From Candidatus Nanopusillus sp. (lineage in GTDB: Archaea; Nanobdellota; Nanobdellia; Nanobdellales; Nanobdellaceae), in assembly GCA_028275885.1 (NCBI GenBank), contig JAPWTW010000005.1:46565-78564 (forward strand): a DNA stretch of 32,000 nt, written 5' to 3'. A program made the translations under genes and the position numbers. Of this stretch, positions 1 to 9,094 are shown piece after piece; within the stretch, counting starts at the first letter, position 1, and each line of letters opens with the position of its first letter. A model generated the notes under the pieces. It had not been told where the DNA came from, did no database searches, and saw only the letters and a list, made by a program, of their open reading frames with translations.

Positions 1-2
1 CA

Positions 3-137
3 GGATATAAAAGAGTAATTCCATTGCCAGGAGATGCAGATGAGAATTCTATAAAGGCAAAATATGAAAATGGAGTATTAAGGATTGAAATAGGGAAAAA
101 GCCAGGTTATGAAGGAAAGAAAATAAATCTAGAATAA
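3..137 (+). CDS. Small heat-shock protein (Hsp20/alpha-crystallin family), C-terminal end only; 5' part lies outside the window
   Basis: Frame 3 reads GYKRVIPLPGDADENSIKAKYENGVLRIEIGKKPGYEGKKINLE*. The R.I.LP...d...IkAkY.NGVL.I pattern is the conserved C-terminal part of the alpha-crystallin domain. It is absent from the ORF track because the window edge truncates it. Confidence 0.6.
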   Translation, partial: GYKRVIPLPGDADENSIKAKYENGVLRIEIGKKPGYEGKKINLE

Positions 138-166
138 TTTTTTAATTTTTTATAATATAAATTTTT

Positions 167-1120
167 ATGAAATATAAATTTGTTGAAGAACTATTATCAT
201 CTGCATTTAAAAGAGCAAAGAATAATAGTAATCAATTTTATGATATAAAAGAAAGAAATATCGTAAAATTACAAACAATATACCAATATATCGATGATAA
301 ATTAGAAAAAATATATAATGATATAATTTTACCTGAAAATAAATTCTATAAAGAATTGTATAAATTATTATTTACTGATATAGATATAAAGAAATTAAAA
401 GAAAGGATAAAATATATAAGAAAAATAATAAAGCAGGTTTATTTAAAGTATAAGAATGATATAAAGTTAACAAAAGATAAAAAATTAATAGAAAAATATA
501 GAAGGGAATTTTATGGAAGAATATCTAGTATATTGAGGAGAAATTGGATAATATTTAAATATTATAATATTTATTTAAATAGAAGAAGAAAAATACCAAA
601 TATTAAAAATTTACCTACAATTGTTATTTCCGGTTTACCAAATGTTGGGAAAAGTACATTATTAAAAAATTTAACAGGATCAAATGTTAAGATTGAACCG
701 TATCCATTTACAACAAAAGATTTAATGATAGGATATATTAAAACACCATATTTTGATATACAAGTAATTGATACTCCAGGAATTTTAGATAGACCTATAG
801 AAGAAATGAATGAAATTGAGAAAAAATCTATATTAGCGTTAAATTATCTTGCAAATTTGATTATATATATTTTTGATTTAACTGAAACATGCGGATATAG
901 CATTGAAGAACAAACAAATTTATTAAATATGATAAAAAAAATATTCAATAAAGAAATAATATTATATTTCTCAAAAAAAGATTTGTTTACAGAAAGAGAA
1001 GAAAAAATTCTTAATGAATTTATTAAAAAATATAATAATATGAATGTTTTTTATGATTATAATAAGCTAAAAGAATTTTTAATATCTTATATAAAAAATA
1101 AAAGGGAATGGTATATATAA
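167..1120 (+). CDS. NOG1-family (Obg-like) ribosome-biogenesis GTPase
   Basis: Helical N-terminal domain, then G1 GLPNVGKST, YPFTTK (G2 region) and G3 DTPGILDRP. EFYGRISSIL and the CGY..E.Q motif are typical of archaeal NOG1 homologues. Confidence 0.8.
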   Translation: MKYKFVEELLSSAFKRAKNNSNQFYDIKERNIVKLQTIYQYIDDKLEKIYNDIILPENKFYKELYKLLFTDIDIKKLKERIKYIRKIIKQVYLKYKNDIKLTKDKKLIEKYRREFYGRISSILRRNWIIFKYYNIYLNRRRKIPNIKNLPTIVISGLPNVGKSTLLKNLTGSNVKIEPYPFTTKDLMIGYIKTPYFDIQVIDTPGILDRPIEEMNEIEKKSILALNYLANLIIYIFDLTETCGYSIEEQTNLLNMIKKIFNKEIILYFSKKDLFTEREEKILNEFIKKYNNMNVFYDYNKLKEFLISYIKNKREWYI

Positions 1121-1127
1121 ATATATT

Positions 1128-1751
1128 ATGAAGCTAATAGTCTCATCTGACATACATAATGATTTTGGGCTGATATATAAAATAATAGAATTATATAAAA
1201 AAGAAAGACCAGATTATATAATAATTTTGGGAGATATAGCAGAAATGGGAGAAATAGAGAGAGGATTAATAAAAAAGTTAACAGAAAATATAGATCCAAG
1301 CAAAATTTTAATAATACCAGGAAATCATGAAACATTAGAAGATATAAAATTACTAGAAAAAATATATAAAATAAGAAATTTAGATAAAAAGTATATAATA
1401 AAGGATAATTTTGTATTGGTTGGATTTGGAGGAGCTGATATATTATTAAATATAATTGATGAAAAAGAATTTGAAAGATTTTTAAATGAATTGAGGAAAA
1501 AATTTAATGATAAATATATTATTTTATTAACACATATCCCTCCAAAGAATTCTATGTCGTCCTTAAATATTTCTGGTAGTTATGAATTGAAAAAATTCAT
1601 TGAAAATAATAATAAGGTTATTTTAAATATACATGGACATATACATGAAGCTGGTGGTTTAGAAGATATAATAAATAAAGCAAAAATTATAAATGTTGCA
1701 GGAGAAGTAAAATTGGTTGAAATATATGATAAAAAGATAAAAATAAAGTAA
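1128..1751 (+). CDS. Calcineurin-like metallophosphoesterase (YfcE/MJ0936-like)
   Basis: Ordered phosphoesterase motifs SSDIHND, ILGDIAE, GNHE, THIPP and GHIHE. The start lies 8 nt after the upstream stop. Confidence 0.75.
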   Translation: MKLIVSSDIHNDFGLIYKIIELYKKERPDYIIILGDIAEMGEIERGLIKKLTENIDPSKILIIPGNHETLEDIKLLEKIYKIRNLDKKYIIKDNFVLVGFGGADILLNIIDEKEFERFLNELRKKFNDKYIILLTHIPPKNSMSSLNISGSYELKKFIENNNKVILNIHGHIHEAGGLEDIINKAKIINVAGEVKLVEIYDKKIKIK

Positions 1752-1913
1752 ATATAGGTAATTATCCAGTTAGATCAGAAAATAAAAGAGATAACATTGA
1801 GATAATATATTTATAGAAAATATTTATTGATTATCAATGAAATAAATATTTATAACCGTATTTTAAAAATTTATCATAGAAAAGAATTTAAAAATTTTCT
1901 ATAAAAAATTTAG

Positions 1914-4900
1914 ATGAACGATAGAGAGTTTATAAATGATTTTTCTAATGAAAAAAAAGAAAAAGAGATTGTTTTAGGACAAAAAAATTATAAAATAAAA
2001 AAAGTTATTAAAAGAGACGGAAGAATTGTAGATTTTGATCCTGAAAGAATAAAATATGCTGTGGAGAGAGCAATGAAAGCTGTTGGTGCTTATGATAAAG
2101 AAAAGTTGGAAAAAGTTGTTGATTATGTAATAAAAGTATTAGAAGAAAAATATGATAATATAAAATATCCGACTGTTGAAGAGATTCAGGATATTGTTGA
2201 ATTATCCTTATTGAAATTTGATTTATATGATGTTGCTAAGGCATATATTTCTTATAGGAAAGAAAAAGAAAAAATAAGAGAAGAAAAGAAAAATTTATTA
2301 GGAAGATTCTATGAAGAGGAAGTTGCAAAAAGATTTTCTATTAATTCAATTAGATTAATGGTAAATAGATATTTATTAAGAAATGAAAATAAAGAATTAA
2401 TAGAAGGTCCAAAACAAATGTTTGAAAGGGTAGCAGCATTAATTGTAATACCAGATTTATTGTATGATGAAAGAGTATATGATAAAGAAGGAAAACAAAA
2501 AATACATCCAAAAGAAGAATTTGATTTTGAAAAAAATGAGAATAAATATGGATTACCAATAAAAGATCCAAAGTTTAGGTGGAATAGATATCATTTAGAA
2601 AGAATGAAATATTTGTATGATTATTTAAATGAAAGGGGTCATATGAAAGTTTCATGGTCAGAATTTATAAAAATGTTAGAAAATGGAGAATTTGACAAAT
2701 ATTACGAGAATTTCTATCAATATTATGATTTAATGGCAAGTAAAAGATTTATGCCAAATTCCCCCACATTATTTAATGCAGGTGCAGTTTTAGGACAATT
2801 ATCTGCATGTTTTGTATTAGATATTGATGATAATATGGAATCAATAATGAAATCAGCAACAGAAGCAGCTTTAATATTTAAATCTGGTGGTGGAATTGGT
2901 ATAAACTATTCAAAACTAAGACCTGAGGGTGATGTTGTTGCATCTACAGGAGGTGTTGCCTCAGGTCCTGTTTCATTTATGAAAATCATAGATACAGTTA
3001 CGGATGTAGTAAAACAGGGAGGAAAAAGAAGAGGGGCAAATATGGGAATTTTAGAATCTTGGCATCCTGAAATATTTAAATTTATTCATTTGAAAGAAAA
3101 AGAAGGTGTATTAGAAAACTTTAATATATCTATAATGTTCGAACCATCTTTTTGGGAATATTTTGAAAATAAAAAAGAATATCCATTAATCAATCCAAGG
3201 TTATTAAGGAAATATAATTTACCTTTGCCAGGGGATCCAAATTTTGATATAAATAAAATACCAAAAGAATCAATTACAGGATATGTAAATCCTGAAAGAA
3301 TATTACAAGAAGCATCATATGTTGCATGGGAAAAAGGAGATCCTGGATGTCTATTTATGGATAATATAAATAGAAGAAATGTTCAATATAAATATAGAGG
3401 GCCAATTAGAGCTACTAACCCATGTGTAACTGGAGATATAAGAATTTTAACACCATACGGTCTTTTAAGGGCTGAGACTTTACTTTATTTAAACAATGAA
3501 AATGGTAGTGATATCAATAATATAAAACTTTTAGTAGATGGAGAAGAAGAAATTTTATATACAACTGTTTATGGAAAAACATTGAGCGTAAGTTCTCCAA
3601 TATTAGTTGATGCAAAAGTTTGGAAAGTTGGATTCAAACCAACTGTTAAATTAATTTTGGAAAATGGAATGGAGATTGAAGTAACTGAAGATCATAAGAT
3701 ACTTACAAAAGATGGATGGATAGAAGCAAAATATGCTGAAGGAAAAGAAGTAAAAATAGCAAGAATTGATATTGATAAGATAGAAAATTATGGATTAAAG
3801 GAAATTGATGGAATAAAACTAGATAGAGAATTAGGATTTTTATTAGGATGGTTAGTTGGTGATGGATATGTTGGAGAAAAAGTTTTCTTCTACTTTAATG
3901 CTAAAACTGAGAGAGAAGTTTCTGAATATGTAAAAGAGTTGCTTGAAAAGAAATTTGGAGTAAATGTTAGCAGATTTGAAAGAAATAATGAAATATGGAT
4001 TTATGTGAGTAAGAAAGAGGTTGTTGATATTTTCAAAAAACTAATGAGAAAGAAAACCAGTTTACCAGAAATTGTTTTCCTAGCAAACTCAGAATTTGTT
4101 AAAGGATTTTTGAATGGTTTATTCTCAGCAGATGGATATATTGATAAAGATGGAGCAATAAGATTAACCTCATCTAATAAAGATTTATTGAAAGAAGTAC
4201 AACTTTTGCTAACTTTATTTGGTATATTTTCAAAGATTTATGAAAGACCTTATAAGAGAAAATTTGAGTATATTACTGTAAATGGTGAAAAGAGAGAATA
4301 TGAAGCTAATGGATATTATGAACTTATAATCAAAAATTATAGTAGAAAAATTTTTGAAGAAAAGATAAAATTGGTAGATTATAAAAATGAAAAGCTCTTA
4401 GAAAGACTAAAGAAAAATAAAATTGATAATAATTATGTTAAGATTGTGAGAGTAGAATACGTTGGTGAAAAAATGGTTTATGACTTTAGTGTTCCTGGAT
4501 TTAATAGATATATTTCTAATGGAATAATAAGTCATAATTGTGGTGAACAGCCTCTATATCCATATGAATCTTGTAATTTAGGATCAATCAATCTATATGC
4601 TTTGGTTGAATTTAAAGATGGAAAGGCAGAATTTAATTGGGATAAATATATTGAAACAATAAAATGGGCATATAGATTTTTAGATAATGTAATAGATGTA
4701 AATAAATATCCAATAAAGGAAATTGAAGAAGCATCAAAAGCAGTAAGAAGGATTGGTTTAGGATTTATGGGACTGGCAGATATGTTTTATGCATTGAGAA
4801 TTCCATATTCGTCAGAAGAGGGATATAAGTTATTGATGAAAATAACAGAATATTTAACGTATTATTCAATGTTAGAATCTGTTGAAAGGGCAAAAACAAG

Positions 4901-5816
4901 GGGTAAATTCGATAGATACGATCAAACAACATACAAAGATGGTGAATTACCTATAGAAGGATATTATCATAAAGAATTATGGACATTAGATTGGGAATAT
5001 TTGAAAGAACAAATAATGAAATATGGAATAAGAAATGTTGAAGTTACATCAATTGCCCCTACTGGTTCAATATCAATGTTAGCAGATACTTCTTCGGGTA
5101 TTGAACCACAATATTCATTAGTATATGAAAAAAGAGTAACTGCTGGTGTATATTACTATGTAGATCTAGAATTGGAAAGACAATTGAGAGAAAGAGGATT
5201 ATATAATAATGAGATATTAAAGAAAATATCTGATAATGGTGGAAGTTTATTGGGAATAAAAGAAATTCCAGATGATTTAAAAGCAGTATTTTTAACAGCA
5301 TTAGATATACCATGGTGGGATCATATAAGAGCACAGGCAGTTGCTCAAATATGGATAACTACATCAATATCAAAAACAATAAATATGCCAAATTGGGTTC
5401 AGCCAGACGATGTATATTATTCATATTTATTAGCATATAAGATGGGATGTAAAGGAATTACAATATATAGAGATGGATCAAAATCTGCACAAGTATATGT
5501 AGCTCCTGCTGAAGCAAGTAAAGCAAGAATGATGGATTACTTTAGATTAGTTAAGGAAGGAAAAATAAATAATAGAACAGTTGAAATATTAAAACAATAT
5601 GGAATAAAGTTACCAAACTGGTATTATGAATTAAATAACAATGTTGAGATACCAAAAGTAAAATTGAATGTAAACATTAATAATACATTGAGAGTTGAAG
5701 AAAATGGAAATAATAAAATTGAAAAATGTCCTGTATGCGGATCTACAAGGTTAAAACATGAGGCTGGTTGTGTTGTATGTATGGATTGTGGATGGTCAGA
5801 ATGTATAATTGCTTAA
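1914..5816 (+). CDS. nrdJ: Class II (adenosylcobalamin-dependent-type) ribonucleotide reductase with N-terminal ATP-cone, interrupted by one intein
   Basis: ATP-cone [23 protein letters not shown]. RNR core motifs are [31 protein letters not shown] and SGPVSFMK. Active-site TNPC...CGEQPL is split by the intein. The C-terminal CPVCGS...[12 protein letters not shown] tail is cysteine-rich. Length is 1300 aa, about 928 aa without the intein. Confidence 0.9.
   Translation: [1300 protein letters not shown]
3423..4538 (+). mobile_element. Intein (372 aa) with LAGLIDADG homing-endonuclease domain, inserted in the RNR NPC/GEQ active-site motif
   Basis: It begins with Cys in [11 protein letters not shown] (block A). 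Block B is [13 protein letters not shown]. The two LAGLIDADG motifs are [14 protein letters not shown] and [15 protein letters not shown]. It ends IISHN followed by extein +1 Cys (CGEQPL). Removing it restores the RNR motif [20 protein letters not shown]. Confidence 0.9.
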
Positions 5817-5842
5817 TTTTTTATAATTTTAAAAAATAAAAG

Positions 5843-5914
5843 TGGACCCGCCGGGATTTGAACCCGGGATCTCCGGCTTGCAAGGCCGGCATCCTACGAC
5901 TAGACTACGGGCCC
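5843..5914 (-). tRNA. tRNA-Ala (anticodon UGC), 72 nt, no intron, CCA not encoded
   Basis: The reverse complement is GGGCCCGTAGTCTAGTCGTAGGATGCCGGCCTTGCAAGCCGGAGATCCCGGGTTCAAATCCCGGCGGGTCCA. Acceptor stem is GGGCCCG/CGGGTCC with the G3:U70 alanine identity pair. Anticodon stem CCGGC/GCCGG carries loop CTTGCAA. T-arm is CCGGG-TTCAAAT-CCCGG. It is a GC-rich island. Confidence 0.93.
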
Positions 5915-6015
5915 GATTATTAAATTTCTTATCTTATATTTATATATATAAAGTTTGTTAGTATAAAAATTGGGGTGTTATTCTATAATTTTGTTTAATA
6001 TTGAAAAAGCAATTA

Positions 6016-6099
6016 TGCGGCGGAGGGGATTTGAACCCCTGACGGATCTACTCCACTGGGTCTTGAGCCCAGCCCCTTTGTCCGCTCGGGCACCGCCGC
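6016..6099 (-). tRNA. tRNA-Leu (anticodon CAA), 84 nt with long variable arm
   Basis: The reverse complement is GCGGCGGTGCCCGAGCGGACAAAGGGGCTGGGCTCAAGACCCAGTGGAGTAGATCCGTCAGGGGTTCAAATCCCCTCCGCCGCA. Acceptor stem is GCGGCGG/CCGCCGC. Anticodon stem CTGGG/CCCAG carries loop CTCAAGA. It has a class II variable arm and T-loop TTCAAAT. Confidence 0.92.
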
Positions 6100-6138
6100 T
6101 TAATAATTATATTTAGAAATTTTAATAATTTAAATAAT

Positions 6139-7083
6139 ATGGATAAGGGGGTATTTATTATATTAGATGGATTGGGAGATAATTTAATTAGTGAGTTAAG
6201 ATATAAAACTCCTTTAGAAGATGCTAAAAAACAAAATATTGACAAATTGGTAAGATATTCTGAATGTGGGTTATTATATACAAAAGAAAGAGGACATGTT
6301 CCAAGATGTATTGAATCAAATTTATCTTTATTGGGTTATGATTTTAAATATAATGAAATAATATTTAAAGCATTAATATATAAAGAATTGAAAGAAAATC
6401 AATTTTTAATTGAAATAGAATCAAAAGAAGAACCAAAAATAGAAGGAGAATATGATATAATAAAATATAAAGATAATGATTATATATTGATTTTTGATAA
6501 TTATGATAAAAAAATAGTTGAAAAATTAAAGAAATATACGATAAAAAACAAAACTATATATAAAGATTTAAATAAAAAAGATTTATTCGAAAATAAATAT
6601 AAAATAAAAGCATTATATTTATCTTCAAGTCCCATTCATTTATCAATTGCAAAATATTTGAAAATCGATTATGAAAAACCATTGGGAACTACTGGAAAGA
6701 GTAATGAAAATTTATTTTCATTTTCAGAATATGCAATAGCAAATAGAAATAAATATGATATAATATTTATTCATATAAGAGCTCCAGATATTTTATCGCA
6801 CTTAAAAAACCCATTTAGAAAGAAAAAAATAATTGAAGAAATTGATGAATATTTAGTAAAAAGGATAAAAGAATATTTTGATGCTATATTAATTACTGGA
6901 GATCATTCTACTTCATCAATTAAAGGAAGGCATATTTCAGATCCAGTACCAGTTATGATATATTCAAAATATTCAAGATATGGATTTGTAAAAAATTTTT
7001 CCGAAAGAAAATGTATAAAAGGAACTTTGGGAATATTGAATTCAAAAGATATTATAAAAATATTTATTGATAGATTAAAATAA
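6139..7083 (+). CDS. Alkaline-phosphatase-superfamily protein related to archaeal cofactor-independent phosphoglycerate mutase (ApgM), shortened and divergent
   Basis: N-terminal VFIILDGLGDN...KTPLEDA and C-terminal ITGDHSTSS...HISDPVPVMIY match the ApgM metal-binding core. The middle domain is much reduced (314 aa versus about 400 as I recall). Confidence 0.55.
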   Translation: MDKGVFIILDGLGDNLISELRYKTPLEDAKKQNIDKLVRYSECGLLYTKERGHVPRCIESNLSLLGYDFKYNEIIFKALIYKELKENQFLIEIESKEEPKIEGEYDIIKYKDNDYILIFDNYDKKIVEKLKKYTIKNKTIYKDLNKKDLFENKYKIKALYLSSSPIHLSIAKYLKIDYEKPLGTTGKSNENLFSFSEYAIANRNKYDIIFIHIRAPDILSHLKNPFRKKKIIEEIDEYLVKRIKEYFDAILITGDHSTSSIKGRHISDPVPVMIYSKYSRYGFVKNFSERKCIKGTLGILNSKDIIKIFIDRLK

Positions 7084-7761
7084 TTACTGACCTTGTTTAA
7101 CCAATTTTTCTAATAAAGAAGGATCTATTTTTTCTAATTCTTCAGGTTTTATTTCTGATAAATCTTTTATTTTTATTCTATCAGGTAATTTATCTGTTGG
7201 TCTTAATATTCTAACTTGTACTCCAATTACTCCAGAAGGTAATTTTGCATGTCTTATACTTTTTCCAATTATTTTATTTAGTTCTCCAGATTTTTTAATA
7301 TAACCTCTTTGTTCTCTTATTGTAGATGATCTATCTCCAATTATCTTTCCAGTAACTCTTACTTCAATACCCAAGGCACCAGCTTTCATTACTTGTTCCA
7401 TTACTTTTTGCATAATTCTTCTTATTGCTCTATTTCCATATCTTTCTATTTGAGATGCAATTAAATCTGCAACAATTTCAGAATCTAATAATGGATTTTC
7501 TACTCCTACAACTTCTATACTTGGATCTTTAACATTTGCAATATTTTCTATAATTCTTTTAATTTCATCTAAATTTTCATTTGCCCTTCCTAAAACTAAT
7601 CTAGGTCTTGCACAATATATAATAACTTTTGTGCCCATTGAAACTTTAAAATATTCAACTCTACTAATTAATTTACCTTTAAATCTATTTTTTAAAGTTC
7701 TATCTAAAATTGCTTGTATTTTTTGTTCTTTTATAAGTTCTTCTATATTTTTTGATGCCAT
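7084..7761 (-). CDS. rps3: 30S ribosomal protein uS3
   Basis: KH-domain region and GALGIEVRVTGKI...GVIGVQVRI are typical of archaeal S3. It overlaps the upstream uL22 gene by 19 nt. Its stop abuts the convergent ApgM-like stop with no spacer. Confidence 0.9.
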   Translation of the reverse strand: MASKNIEELIKEQKIQAILDRTLKNRFKGKLISRVEYFKVSMGTKVIIYCARPRLVLGRANENLDEIKRIIENIANVKDPSIEVVGVENPLLDSEIVADLIASQIERYGNRAIRRIMQKVMEQVMKAGALGIEVRVTGKIIGDRSSTIREQRGYIKKSGELNKIIGKSIRHAKLPSGVIGVQVRILRPTDKLPDRIKIKDLSEIKPEELEKIDPSLLEKLVKQGQ

Positions 7762-8318
7762 TCTTCTAATATTTGTTTAACAATTTGTTTTAAGCTTTTT
7801 CTTTTCAACTTTTTAGATGTATCTAATGATTCTATATGTAATCCATATATTTTAATATGGGACACTTTTTTATGAACACCAATTAATGTTCTTCTTATCC
7901 CGCTTGGACCTGTTTTTACCTTTACAACCCTTAATCTACTAGGAAACTTATTTCCTTTAGAAACATTAACAGAAATAATTACAACTTTATTAGGATCTAA
8001 TCCAATATTTTTTGCATTATTTTCCAAAGAATTTAATAATTTAATAAAATATTTTGAAACCTTAATTGGATATCTACCATATGGAACTTTTCCCATTACA
8101 TTTTTATGATGTGCTTGTTTTTTATGATATTTATAATATGGAATTGCAATTTTCTTTTCAATAACCATTTGTAAATATTTTTTTGCATATGGTATTGTTA
8201 AATATTTAATAAATCTACCAACCATTTCAGAGTCTTTTCTAGATATTGGTAAATTATAAGATGATACAGTAACAATTTTTTTATTCTCTTTTAATAATGA
8301 TATTAGTTTTGAATCCAT
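7743..8318 (-). CDS. rpl22: 50S ribosomal protein uL22
   Basis: LPISRKDSEMVGRFIKYLTIPYAKKYLQMVI...AIPYYKYHKKQAHHK...GRYPIKVSKYFIKLL matches the archaeal L22/L17e pattern. It sits immediately upstream of uS3, as in the conserved S10-operon order. Confidence 0.85.
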   Translation of the reverse strand: MDSKLISLLKENKKIVTVSSYNLPISRKDSEMVGRFIKYLTIPYAKKYLQMVIEKKIAIPYYKYHKKQAHHKNVMGKVPYGRYPIKVSKYFIKLLNSLENNAKNIGLDPNKVVIISVNVSKGNKFPSRLRVVKVKTGPSGIRRTLIGVHKKVSHIKIYGLHIESLDTSKKLKRKSLKQIVKQILEEWHQKI

Positions 8319-8360
8319 TTACACATCTATATATAAAAATGTTTATAAAATATATAATAT

Positions 8361-8753
8361 ATGCTAGATAGGTTTTTTGAATTATTTGTAATTGTTCTAG
8401 TAATATTTTTTATTACATTATTATTAATGGATAAAGTTTCTTATATTTATAATATTAATGAAAAGTATCTAATTATATATAATCAATTTATGCATGGAAG
8501 AATTTTAATTAAAGAAATTACAGAACAATATACTGATAATATTTGTAATTTAACATCAAATAATTTTGATTCAAATATAATGAATAATTTAGCAAGTTTT
8601 CCATATGAAATAATATATAAAAACTTAAGTAATATTAGTCAGGAATATATTTTTAGTAATGACAATATAACAAATATGCAAAATTATATAGAATTTAATA
8701 GGGTTTGTTATTATGATGGCTCATTATTTTTAGTCAGTGTATTGGTTCAATGA
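8361..8753 (+). CDS. Small secreted/membrane-anchored protein with a single N-terminal hydrophobic helix; possible type IV pilin-like protein (1 of 3)
   Basis: MLDRFFELFVIVLVIFFITLLLM is followed by a polar Asn/Tyr-rich domain with several N-x-S/T sequons (NLT, NLS, NIS, NIT). An ATGA stop/start overlap links it to the next ORF. Confidence 0.4.
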   Translation: MLDRFFELFVIVLVIFFITLLLMDKVSYIYNINEKYLIIYNQFMHGRILIKEITEQYTDNICNLTSNNFDSNIMNNLASFPYEIIYKNLSNISQEYIFSNDNITNMQNYIEFNRVCYYDGSLFLVSVLVQ

Positions 8754-9094
8754 GATCTTTTAGTATATCAATATTTATTGAATTAGTAGTTGTAATAATT
8801 GTTTTATATTTTATTTTAACTTCAACATATTATAGTAATTTTTATATTAAAGGATATAATAAAGAAGATCTGTATGCATCATTAATATCAATAAATTATA
8901 TGTATCTAAATAATACACAGCAATTAAATGATAGTTTATATCAAATTGTTACAAATATTTTACCATATTATTATGTTGAAATAGATGGACAATTAGCATT
9001 TAATAATATAAATTTAAATGAAGCTGAACAGGGAATCGTAACTTTTTATATTATTAATGGCTCAATAGATTATGTATATATATATTGGAAATGA
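8750..9094 (+). CDS. Small protein with class-III-signal-peptide-like N-terminus; possible type IV pilin-like protein (2 of 3)
   Basis: MRS-FSISIFIELVVVIIVLYFIL has a short charged leader ending in Ser, then about 20 hydrophobic residues containing a Glu. The domain after it is polar with NNT, NDS and NGS sequons. It overlaps the next ORF by 10 nt. Confidence 0.45.
   Translation: MRSFSISIFIELVVVIIVLYFILTSTYYSNFYIKGYNKEDLYASLISINYMYLNNTQQLNDSLYQIVTNILPYYYVEIDGQLAFNNINLNEAEQGIVTFYIINGSIDYVYIYWK

Noticed and set aside
1126-1335. Antisense or shadow ORFs rich in Leu/Phe/Ile. Others are at 2350-2571, 5059-5334, 10808-11020, 12194-12400, 14364-14576, 18642-18968, 20012-20245, 21144-21459, 26153-26380, 26584-26895, 29025-29273, 29792-29986 and 30166-30536.
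   Set aside because: Each is fully embedded opposite a well-supported gene. Their composition is what the complement of Lys/Glu/Asn-rich AT-biased coding sequence produces. No motifs were seen.
1818-1902. Two AT-only palindromes upstream of nrdJ as operator sites. They are AAATATTTATT...AATAAATATTT at 1818-1851 and ATAGAAAA-11 nt-TTTTCTAT at 1876-1902.
   Set aside because: Palindromes of this length made only of A/T are expected by chance in DNA this AT-rich. No second copy was seen elsewhere in the window and no known regulator is encoded nearby. It is kept only as a weak possibility.
6048-6245. A 65-aa minus-strand ORF. A similar 62-aa ORF lies at 9406-9594.
   Set aside because: Both read through tRNA genes (tRNA-Leu and tRNA-Glu respectively) and the adjacent AT-rich spacer. 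The first also runs antisense to the ApgM-like start.
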